From Acidimicrobiia bacterium (GTDB taxonomy: Bacteria > Actinomycetota > Acidimicrobiia > Acidimicrobiales > Aldehydirespiratoraceae), in NCBI GenBank assembly GCA_024421085.1, contig JAHQYN010000003.1, positions 4,721-68,720 on the forward strand: DNA of 64,000 nucleotides, read 5' to 3'. The notes beneath the pieces are model-generated. The model had not been told where the DNA came from. It saw only the letters and a list, made by a program, of their open reading frames with translations, and searched no databases. Below are positions 29,226-36,986 of the stretch, in pieces. The position numbers and the translations under genes are program-made. Position 1 is the stretch's first letter, and each line of letters begins with the position of its first letter.

Positions 29226-30116
29226 ATGTCGATAGCACAACAAATCGCTGATCCCGGTGTCTGGCATTTCACCGACGGCCAAAGCGCCCAACAAGCCCAA
29301 GAGACCGCTGCGCGCATCGAGTCGCTCGGCTACTCCGCTCAATGGTTCGGCGAGGCGATGGGCAAGAACGCCTTCGTCAACGCCGCAACCCTGATCTCCG
29401 GCACCCGACGGCTGATCATCGCAACCGGGATCGCTGGCATCCACCTTCGTCATCCAGCGGCCATGCAGCAGGCGGGACTGGACCTCGCGGAGCTCTCGGG
29501 CGGTCGCTTCCTGCTCGGGATCGGAGTCTCGCACGCTCCCATGGTTGAAGGGCTTCGCAACCTGCCCTACGAAAAGCCGCTGTCCACGATGCGTACCTAT
29601 CTCGAAGCCATGCAGGGGGCGCTCATCATGCCCGCCCCCAAGGTCGAGCCGCCGCCCGTCGTGCTCGCCGCGCTCGGCCCGAAGATGCTCGCACTGTCCG
29701 CTGAGAAGGCCGCTGGCGCCCACCCCTACTGGACCACACCGGAGCACACAGCCCAAGCCCGCCAGATCATGGGGCCCGACGCTCTATTGTGCGTGGAACA
29801 GAAGTGCGTGCTGACCACCGACCGGGAGCTTGCGCACACCAGAGCAAACGAGCAGCTGCAGCTGTACGCCGCTCTCCCCAACTATCGCAACAGCTGGCTC
29901 CGCCTGGGTTTCAGCGAGGACGAGATCGACTCGCGCGCCGCTCGTTTCGTGGACGCGGTCGTGGCCTGGGGCACTGAAGACGACATTGCGGCGCGCATCT
30001 CGGCGCACTACGACGCCGGGGCCTCCCATGTCTGCATCCAGGCAGTGCCTGCTGACGGGAGCCGCGAGCACCCGGATTGGAATCTGCTCGACACCCTCGC
30101 CCCCAATGCACGATGA
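29226..30116 (+). CDS. LLM-class (luciferase-like) F420-dependent oxidoreductase
   Basis: Luciferase-like TIM-barrel features recognised by eye. Start reset to MSIAQQ. Confidence 0.75.
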   Translation: MSIAQQIADPGVWHFTDGQSAQQAQETAARIESLGYSAQWFGEAMGKNAFVNAATLISGTRRLIIATGIAGIHLRHPAAMQQAGLDLAELSGGRFLLGIGVSHAPMVEGLRNLPYEKPLSTMRTYLEAMQGALIMPAPKVEPPPVVLAALGPKMLALSAEKAAGAHPYWTTPEHTAQARQIMGPDALLCVEQKCVLTTDRELAHTRANEQLQLYAALPNYRNSWLRLGFSEDEIDSRAARFVDAVVAWGTEDDIAARISAHYDAGASHVCIQAVPADGSREHPDWNLLDTLAPNAR

Positions 30117-30210
30117 CCAGCCGGGCACGATGACCAGATGGGCACGATGATCAGATGGGGCACGATGATCAGCAGGGCACGATGAGCAGATGGGCACGAT
30201 GACCAGATGA
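30108..30210. repeat. six tandem 17-18-bp units (gcacgatgaccagatgg consensus)
   Basis: Read directly. Unit 1 contains the stop of the upstream gene (30114-30116). Unit 6 contains the ATG of the downstream gene (30207). Confidence 0.9.
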
Positions 30211-31277
30211 GTTCAGCGCCCTCCGGAATCGATCCTGACCCTGTGAGCGAATGGATTCTGATGCGTCGGGCGGATCTCGCCGTTCCGCTCGACTTCGAGT
30301 TGATCACCGGCGGCGCCTCCAACCTCACCTTCGCGGTCACTGACCAGTCGGGCCAAAGGCTGGTGCTGCGGCGCCCTCCGACAGGCCACGTCCTGCCCCG
30401 TGCCCACGACATGGCACGCGAGCATCGAGTCATCTCCGCGCTGCGCGACACCGAAGTGCCGGTCCCCGAAACCGTCGGCCTATGCACCGACGACTCCGTA
30501 AACGGCGCCGACTTCTACGTCATGGAGTTCGTCGAAGGCTCGATCGTCTTCAACGAGGCCGACGGCAACGCGGTGGACCCCGCATTGCGGCCGGCGATGG
30601 CGAACTCCCTCACCGACACGCTCGCAGCGCTGCACAAGATCGATCCCGCCTCGGTCGGACTCGGCGACCTCGGACGCACCGAAGACTATTGCGCCAGGCA
30701 GTTGCGCCGTTGGAAACGCCAGGTCGATGACGGTTCAGACCGAGTGGTGCCGCTGTTCGACGACCTGCATCAGAGGTTGACCCGGACCGTGCCCCCGCAA
30801 CAGGGCGCCGGGATCGTCCATGGCGACTACCGCTTGGACAACACCATGGTGGGCCCTGACGGAACGGTCGCCGCGGTGCTCGACTGGGAGCTATGCACAC
30901 TCGGCGACGTGCTCGCCGATGTGGCCAGCATGGCGATGTGGTGGGGCGACGACCCTCGCGCCACAGGCCGCCTGCGCGATGTGCCCACCAAGGCAGACGG
31001 CTTCGGATCACGCTCAGAGATGCTCGAGCGGTACGGACAAAACTCCGACCGCGACATCTCGGATCTCCCCTGGTACGTCGCCTTCCAACACTGGCGGATG
31101 TCAGCGATTAGCGAAGGGGTCCGAGTGCGCTACGCAGCCGGGGCCATGGGCGACCAGGACGGCACCGCCGACAGCGATACCAGAGCCAGCATCGACTCAA
31201 TGCTGCAGATCGCCGACGAGATCCTCACCAGCGGCCAGCTGTATCGACCAACAGACCCTGCCACCCTCACGCCTTAG
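30207..31277 (+). CDS. phosphotransferase family protein (APH/choline-kinase fold)
   Basis: IVHGDYRLDNTMV and VLDWELCTLGD catalytic motifs. Confidence 0.85.
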   Translation: MSSAPSGIDPDPVSEWILMRRADLAVPLDFELITGGASNLTFAVTDQSGQRLVLRRPPTGHVLPRAHDMAREHRVISALRDTEVPVPETVGLCTDDSVNGADFYVMEFVEGSIVFNEADGNAVDPALRPAMANSLTDTLAALHKIDPASVGLGDLGRTEDYCARQLRRWKRQVDDGSDRVVPLFDDLHQRLTRTVPPQQGAGIVHGDYRLDNTMVGPDGTVAAVLDWELCTLGDVLADVASMAMWWGDDPRATGRLRDVPTKADGFGSRSEMLERYGQNSDRDISDLPWYVAFQHWRMSAISEGVRVRYAAGAMGDQDGTADSDTRASIDSMLQIADEILTSGQLYRPTDPATLTP

Positions 31278-31332
31278 CCTTGACCCACCGGTGCGGTGAG
31301 GTGTTGGGGTGTGGGGTGTCGATCAGAAAGGC
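31276..31332. repeat. IS-end-like sequence, copy A (matches 35221-35277)
   Basis: 57-bp alignment with ~7 mismatches. The core ggtgttggggtgtggggtgtc is identical. Confidence 0.75.
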
Positions 31333-31342
31333 TTGGCAAGAT

Positions 31343-31610
31343 CTATCGGTGGTTGCGACAGAGCATAGTGTAGATGTGTTGTGTAGGTTTCCAGTTGTGG
31401 AGTTTGCGGGGCATGTGGTTGAGGGCGTCTTGGATGAGCGCGAGGTGTATGGGGTTTATGTTGAGGTTGGTGCCTTTGGGTAGCCAGCGTCGTAGGAGCC
31501 CGTTGGTTTGTTCGTTGCTGGGTCGCCGCCACGTTGCCGGAGACCTCCTTGGCGTGGCGAAGTACCGACAGGCGATGCCGGATCTCGCGTTGCTGCTCGC
31601 GGTCGTCCAT
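31343..31610 (-). mobile_element. IS30-family transposase remnant (short N-terminal piece fused out of frame to the C-terminal ~58 codons)
   Basis: A minus-strand frame reads NEQTNGLLRRWLPKGTNLNINPIHLALIQDALNHMPRKLHNWKPTQ...*, typical of an IS30 transposase C-terminus. Upstream, MDDREQQREIRHRLSVLRHAKEVSGNVAAT lies in another frame. Confidence 0.6.
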
Positions 31611-31718
31611 TAGATGTTCCTCTCACGAAATGCCCGGACTGTCAACAACCTCCGTCAGCTGTCGGGTCACCATCAAGCAGGAAGACACGGATAGAGAAGG
31701 ATTCCACGGCTTGCATCC

Positions 31719-32678
31719 CTATCGCAGCATCTCGGCGCGGACCAGGTTCTCGAGGACATCGTCCGGTTCGATGCTATCGATCCAACGGACGAGTCCTTCC
31801 GCGTCGATAAGGGCGACGACCTGTTGGCTTTGGGCGTACTTGAGTGTTTGGTCACGGGCATCGCTGGTGAAAGTGGATGCCGAGAAGAGGATGCCCACGC
31901 GAGCGACCCCCGTGCGGTCCTGAACCTTCGAGTGGAGATCCCGCACCTCCTTTGCGGTGACGCTGGCTGACCAGTTCTTCGCCTCGATGAGGACGAACGG
32001 TACGTGTAGCTGCCAGCATCTCGACGACCAGTTGTCGACCTGCAGGACTAGGTCGACTTCATCTGTGCTGCCGCGGAGGTTTCGCTCTACCACACGAAAG
32101 TCGGCAACCTGTTGCAACAGAAACGCCAGCAGCCCTTCGAAACGTCGACCTTTCTCGAAGTTCGTGCCCTCCGATCGGAGATCCCAGGCCTTCTTGGCGA
32201 TAGCCGTACGGGTTTCATAGTCGACTGCGACCGCGCAGTCAGACAGAGCAGTCAAGATGTGAGCGCGCCCCGAGGGAGATCCACCCGGTTTAACCACGAT
32301 GACCTCGGCATCGATCGCTCCGAGGAACCGGACTGTGTCGCTCTCGTACAGAGCGTCGAGCCGAAGTGTGACGACGACTGAGCAGCCCACCTGTTGCGCC
32401 ATTGCAAGCCGGGCTTGCATGTGGGGTCGCAGCTCGTCGGCAATGTGGACGTACAGAACGAGGTCGGGATCGCCGGCACCGACCAATGACGGCCGCCAGG
32501 CCATACCCTTCTCGGAGCGGATCGCCTCCCCCGACTCGGACCAGTCGGAAGTCGCCAACAGTGCCTTGACTATGGGCTCGCTTGTCGGGCCGACCATAGA
32601 CTCCGGGATCTCGATGCCCTCCGGTTCGAGATCCTCGTCCGCGTAGGGCAGTTCGTCCTCGTTGCCAAACTCACTCAC
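31719..32678 (-). CDS. restriction endonuclease, Mrr-cat type PD-(D/E)xK C-terminal domain
   Basis: FEGLLAFLL...STDEVDLVLQV...FVLIEAKNW (D...ExK). The N-terminal ~150 aa is unassigned. Its start overlaps the ParB-like stop by 8 nt. Confidence 0.7.
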   Translation of the reverse strand: MSEFGNEDELPYADEDLEPEGIEIPESMVGPTSEPIVKALLATSDWSESGEAIRSEKGMAWRPSLVGAGDPDLVLYVHIADELRPHMQARLAMAQQVGCSVVVTLRLDALYESDTVRFLGAIDAEVIVVKPGGSPSGRAHILTALSDCAVAVDYETRTAIAKKAWDLRSEGTNFEKGRRFEGLLAFLLQQVADFRVVERNLRGSTDEVDLVLQVDNWSSRCWQLHVPFVLIEAKNWSASVTAKEVRDLHSKVQDRTGVARVGILFSASTFTSDARDQTLKYAQSQQVVALIDAEGLVRWIDSIEPDDVLENLVRAEMLR

Positions 32679-33663
32679 CGCCGGCGTTCTCCGCGATCAC
32701 TCGCTTGAGTTGCTGGGCGAACCGCTCCGCGATGCCCATGACCATAGCTCGCTCCTCATTGCCCGTAGCCCGCGCGAACAGCCGGTCAAAGCCCTTGATC
32801 ATGTTCTCAGTTGATCGGTCGAGCTTGTCAGCTTCCACCATTATCTGAACGGTGTCTTCATACGCCGTCGCGATCGTGAGATCCGGGTCCTGCAAGAGTC
32901 GGCGGAGCGTGTCGTCGAGCACCGAGTCGTCACTATCAGACGCCTCTGCATCCTTGCCGGCGTAGTTGATGATCGGCCGAACATCCCGGAGCGAGACTGT
33001 GTCGGTGATCGTCCCACCGAGCCGCTTCGCTACAAATGCGCTACGTACCGCATCCTCCCCGAACTCCTCGTGGAGCTTCGGACGCTTGTTTGCCAACGGT
33101 TGGATGACGTTCCGGTGCAGCTCCCAGAACCAGTTGAGCGGAATCGTGCCTTCCTGGATGTAGTGCTGGTACTCGTCCGGCAATTGGACGGCGTACCTGA
33201 GACGCTTCACACGCTCCTGAGACAGGCCAGTCCGGTCGGCGAGAGCTCGATCAGACGGAGTGGCCGCGCCGTCGGCCTTCATCGCATCTTCCAGTTCCCT
33301 GAGTGCGATCGCCGTTGGCATATCGCGCCATGGTTCGCGCATCTGGTGGATGTTGAACATCGAGACAAGATTCTCGATGTCGCCCTTCCGGTCGGTAATG
33401 AGAGCCGGCACCGACTCGAGCCCTAACCGAAGTGCACACCGAAACCTGCGCTCACCATCGATGAGCGTGTACTTCCCATCGTCTTCGGGATACACGACGA
33501 TTGGAACGAGGATGCCCTCCTGGTGAATCGACTCGGCAAGGCGATCAAGCTCTTCCTCGGGGAAGACGAGACGTGGGTTTCGTGGGTTTGCCTGAACGGC
33601 GGTGACAGACAGGTCTTGGACCTGCGCAGCGTTGGGTGGGCCTGAGTCAGTTTGTGAGGACAT
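32671..33663 (-). CDS. ParB/Srx N-terminal domain protein with GERR box and HTH
   Basis: ILVPIVVY...YTLIDGERRFRCAL (GERR box at 33433-33456) followed by an HTH-like ALADRTGLSQERVKRLRY. Start reset to MSSQTDS (33663), overlapping the methylase stop by 17 nt. Confidence 0.8.
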   Translation of the reverse strand: MSSQTDSGPPNAAQVQDLSVTAVQANPRNPRLVFPEEELDRLAESIHQEGILVPIVVYPEDDGKYTLIDGERRFRCALRLGLESVPALITDRKGDIENLVSMFNIHQMREPWRDMPTAIALRELEDAMKADGAATPSDRALADRTGLSQERVKRLRYAVQLPDEYQHYIQEGTIPLNWFWELHRNVIQPLANKRPKLHEEFGEDAVRSAFVAKRLGGTITDTVSLRDVRPIINYAGKDAEASDSDDSVLDDTLRRLLQDPDLTIATAYEDTVQIMVEADKLDRSTENMIKGFDRLFARATGNEERAMVMGIAERFAQQLKRVIAENAGGE

Positions 33664-34852
33664 GGATGAACTCTGTGTTGTCGTTGGTGCTCGCGCCCTT
33701 GGATGCGCCGAGTGTGGAGTGCTTGGTGGCGAACGAGCGAGTGATGATCGTGCGAAAGTGCTTCGTAGCGAGGTCGCGAATATCAGTTCCGCGGCGAGAG
33801 AGAAGACTTCGCTCGGGATAGCTGAGGACGAGCGGGAACCCAAGCTCCGACACGCCCCGGAGCAAGTCTTCAAAGGCGCTCTCGACTGAGCCGCTCTCTG
33901 AAAACTTCGACGAGAATCTCCCAGCGCGGTAGCGACCCCGACCGATCGAGTCCGGGAAGTCGTAGAGAAAAAGGGTCTCGTGGACGTGGTAATAGCGCGA
34001 GTACTGATCCTTCGTGTACGGCGGATCCGCGTACACCGCTCGGACCTGATCCGACTTGAGCTGCGGCAGCAGATCTAGAGCGTCGCCGTTCTGAAACTCA
34101 TTCTGGACCCTCCACGCCGGCGAGCCGGATGGTGCGAACTCCGCCAAGGTATCCACAAACACCGACCACACGTCTCGCCGCCACACCCTCACAATCCTCT
34201 TCTGGGCGGCCTCGGAGTTCGGGCGCAAGAATTGGGCAGAGTGACCAGGGCTATTGAGACAACGATCCACCGTGCCGAGGAAGGCAGCGAGTGCCTGATC
34301 ATGGCTGCGCTCGTCATCGAGCGAGGCGATGGCATAGCGGATTGCGTCGAGCTGTACGGCCTGCCAGGTGGAGAAGTAACCGCCAGAGAAATAGAGCACC
34401 GTCAGGCAGTACCTCCCGGGCCCGCGGCGACGCGCGGCCAGCCGAGCCTGTCGCCTGCACTCGTCGGACGTGCCGACATGCGGCACGTCCTCCATGTAGG
34501 CGAGAAGATCTGATGGCCTCCTAAGGAGTACATCTCGCTCGTGCTGTAGACGACCGTCGAACTCAACGGCGAGAGCCTTGCATCGCGCCTCATAGTGTGG
34601 TGCCAGTTGGTCCAGGAGACGGAACGGCGCAACCCGCTCCTCGTGGACGAACCGCGATCGAAGTAGCGGGCCGAGGAAGGCGCTCGCGTCATTCATGACG
34701 ACTGAAGCGACGCCATCCAACTCAGAGGTAGCTGCCCCGGTGCCGCAGAAGAGGTCCACAACACGTGCGCTCGCATGCCTCGGTGGGAGATCGGAGATGA
34801 TTTGTGCAACGGGGTCAGCCAGGAACCGCTTGGTCCCCATGTAGCGAATCAT
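33647..34852 (-). CDS. D12-class (Dam-like) N6-adenine DNA methyltransferase
   Basis: N-terminal YMGTKRFL...VVDLFCGTGA and motif IV VYADPPYTKDQY. Confidence 0.85.
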   Translation of the reverse strand: MIRYMGTKRFLADPVAQIISDLPPRHASARVVDLFCGTGAATSELDGVASVVMNDASAFLGPLLRSRFVHEERVAPFRLLDQLAPHYEARCKALAVEFDGRLQHERDVLLRRPSDLLAYMEDVPHVGTSDECRRQARLAARRRGPGRYCLTVLYFSGGYFSTWQAVQLDAIRYAIASLDDERSHDQALAAFLGTVDRCLNSPGHSAQFLRPNSEAAQKRIVRVWRRDVWSVFVDTLAEFAPSGSPAWRVQNEFQNGDALDLLPQLKSDQVRAVYADPPYTKDQYSRYYHVHETLFLYDFPDSIGRGRYRAGRFSSKFSESGSVESAFEDLLRGVSELGFPLVLSYPERSLLSRRGTDIRDLATKHFRTIITRSFATKHSTLGASKGASTNDNTEFIHVLTN

Positions 34853-35220
34853 CTGCAGCTCGCCCCACGACTCAGTTCGAGGCCACGTACTAGTTCGCCC
34901 GGGTCAATCGACAAATGGCGCGCTAGCACGAGAAGCGTATGAAGCGTCACGTTCTTTTCGCCACGCTCTATGTGACCCATGTAGCTCCTGTCGATGTGGC
35001 ACTCCAAAGCGAACGCCTCCTGCTAGTAGCCCTGACCGGAGCGTAGGGCCCTGATACGACGGCCTAGCTTAGCTGCAGCATTCGCCGCGTCGAACGCGGC
35101 CGTCGTCTCGGCGACGGTGGCGATGCGCTCGGGCAGCGCGTTGACTGCTACCTGGGCAGCGTCGTCACCGTACGGACACCCGCCGAGCCCGTCTGCGACA
35201 GCAATCATCCACGATCCGTC
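34849..35220 (-). pseudogene. XRE/controller-type HTH gene interrupted by an in-frame TAG and fused to a PP2C-like fragment
   Basis: The frame reads ...[60 protein letters not shown].... The TAG (35023-35025) sits where S/T of a GLSQE-type helix normally lies. The stop overlaps the methylase ATG (ATGA). No own start codon is seen near the HTH. Confidence 0.55.
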
Positions 35221-35813
35221 AGCCTGGATCCACCGGTGTGGTGCGGTGTTGGGGTGTGGGGTGTCCACTAGAAAGGCCTCCTCACATGGGAGAATGCTGT
35301 CGTTGGAGACAGGCATTTCGAACATGTGAGGAGGCACTTCCTGTGAGCCGCATATCTGGTGGGATTGATGGGGTGGAGGTTCATTTCGATGACGGGTCTT
35401 TGGTGGGGGATGCGGGTTTGTCGTTGGCGGGCACGGTGATGGATCGTTTGGGGCTTGAGGCGATGGTTGATGAGGTGGTGCGTCCGCCGAGTTCGGGGCG
35501 GGGGTCGGGCGCGAAGGCGTTGTCTGTGGTGGCGTCGATGCTTGTGGGCGGTTCGTTCATCGACGACGCTGACAGGCTGCGGTCGGGGTCAACAGCTCAG
35601 GTGCTGCCCGTTGAGGTGTCGGCGCCGTCGACTTTGGGAACGTGGCTGCGGTCGTTCACGTTTGGGCATCTGCGCCAGTTCGACCGTGCTCAGGAACTGG
35701 CGTTGGGGCGGGCGTGGTCTGTGGGCGCGGCACCTGGCTCGCCTTCCAAGCGGGCTGGCGGCTCGGTGACGCGGCCGGGAGCGGCCCAACCGCGAGCGCC
35801 CCAAGATAGGTGA
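35221..35813 (+). mobile_element. 5' portion of an IS1380-family element: terminal sequence copy B, 12-bp inverted-repeat hairpin, truncated transposase
   Basis: From GTG 35343: VSRISGGIDGVEVHFDDGSLVGDAGLSLAGTVMDRLGLEAMV...SMLVGGSFIDDADRLR resembles an IS1380 transposase N-terminus, with only ~135 aa of homology. cctcctcacatg (35277-35288) pairs with catgtgaggagg (35323-35334). Confidence 0.65.
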
Positions 35814-35899
35814 GAGGCTGTGTATCGGCGACGCGGCGATCCCTGCTCTTGTTCGCCGGGCCCACCGCCCGCTCCGAGACACACGGTAGCCTCAGGCGC

Positions 35900-36166
35900 A
35901 TGGGACATATCATCGACATCAAGTACTGCGTACCTTGAGACTATTCGAGCTACGCCGTGAGCGCAGCCAAAGACCTGCTCACCAACTACCAGCACGTCAT
36001 AGAACGCTTGACGCTGACCACGGGATCTCAAGGTGTGTTCGATGTCACCGTCGACGGCGAACTGATCTACTCCAAAGACCGGACCGGACGCCACGACGAA
36101 CCCGGTGAGGTCCTCGCACTCTTCGAGAAGACCGTCGGCGACGTGAAACGCTACGGTCAGGGGTGA
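35900..36166 (+). CDS. SelW/SelT/Rdx-family redox protein with in-frame UGA (CxxU), candidate selenoprotein
   Basis: The ATG at 35900 gives MGHIIDIKYCVP-U-DYSSYAVSAAKDLL...GVFDVTVDGELIYSKDRTGRHDEPGEV. The TGA (35936-35938) is at the second Cys position of the Rdx CxxC/CxxU motif, in the same frame as track ORF 35957-36166. Confidence 0.6.
35949..35967 (+). promoter_or_regulatory. candidate bacterial SECIS hairpin
   Basis: gcuacgc-CGUGA-gcgcagc: a 7-position stem (6 base pairs plus one A-C mismatch) and a 5-nt loop with GU. The loop G is 21 nt from the U of UGA. Confidence 0.4.
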
Positions 36167-36228
36167 CACAGGTCCCCTGCCCCTCGACCCCGGCAGATCA
36201 AGAGGCGAGAATCGGCACCGTCTGACGG

Positions 36229-36276
36229 CCTTCAACAGGACCACCCTTCAACAGGACCACCCTTCAACAGGACCAC
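36229..36276. repeat. three perfect tandem copies of ccttcaacaggaccac (16 bp)
   Basis: Read directly. It lies between the convergent 3' ends of the Rdx-family gene and the LOG gene. Confidence 0.9.
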
Positions 36277-36312
36277 AATGTGCGGGGGATCGGCCGCGTG
36301 AGAGGGTTCGGC

Positions 36313-36894
36313 TCAGGCGCGGATCCACTTGGGGTCGCTGGAGTTGCTGTGGTTGGCGAGCGCGTCGAGCAGCGCTGCGGGGCAATCCTCGGCCAGCAGG
36401 GTCTGGCGGTTGGACGGCTTGAGGATGGTGCGGTCGACCATCCTGTCGAACTGCTCGAGCAGAGGCGTCCAGAAGCCGTTGACATTGAGCACGCCGACAG
36501 GCTTGGCCATGATGCCGAGCTGGTTCCAGGTGAGTGTCTCGGCAAGTTCGTCGAGGGTGCCGAAACCGCCCGGAAGGGCGATGAAAGCGTCCGACAGCTC
36601 GTACATGAGCGCCTTGCGGGTGTGCATCGAATCGACCTTCTCGAGCGCAGTGAGACTCTCGTGGCCGACCTCGTCGTCGAAGAGGTCGGTGGGGATGATG
36701 CCGGTGACACGCCCGCCGCGTGACATCACCGTGTCGGCGATCAGGCCCATCAGCCCGACAGCACCGCCGCCGTAGACGAGCTCGATGTCGCGCTCAACGA
36801 GAAGCTTGCCCAACTCGATTGTTGCCTCGGTGATCTCTGGGTCAGTGCCTGGAGATGAAGCGCAGAACACGCACACACGTTGAAACTTGCGCAT
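36313..36894 (-). CDS. LOG family protein (cytokinin riboside 5'-monophosphate phosphoribohydrolase-like)
   Basis: VYGGGAVGLMG and PGGFGTLDELAE motifs. Confidence 0.9.
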   Translation of the reverse strand: MRKFQRVCVFCASSPGTDPEITEATIELGKLLVERDIELVYGGGAVGLMGLIADTVMSRGGRVTGIIPTDLFDDEVGHESLTALEKVDSMHTRKALMYELSDAFIALPGGFGTLDELAETLTWNQLGIMAKPVGVLNVNGFWTPLLEQFDRMVDRTILKPSNRQTLLAEDCPAALLDALANHSNSSDPKWIRA

Positions 36895-36986
36895 CGAGAA
36901 ACCCTACTGCGCGGTGACTGTCGTCAGTCGCTGGGTTCGGATCGCCAGCAGGGCAGCGACTGGCCCGAGCGCGTACTGTTGGAGGC

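Noticed and set aside
35130-35228. PP2C phosphatase motif (AVADGLGG...DDAAQVAV) on the minus strand.
   Set aside because: Only ~35 residues of the family are present. The piece is cut by the IS end on one side and fused to the HTH on the other, so it is treated as a fragment inside the pseudogene rather than a gene.
35690-36244. 184-aa minus-strand ORF covering the Rdx-family gene.
   Set aside because: It runs across the IS1380 fragment junction, has no motif, and the plus-strand frame has a clear family match.
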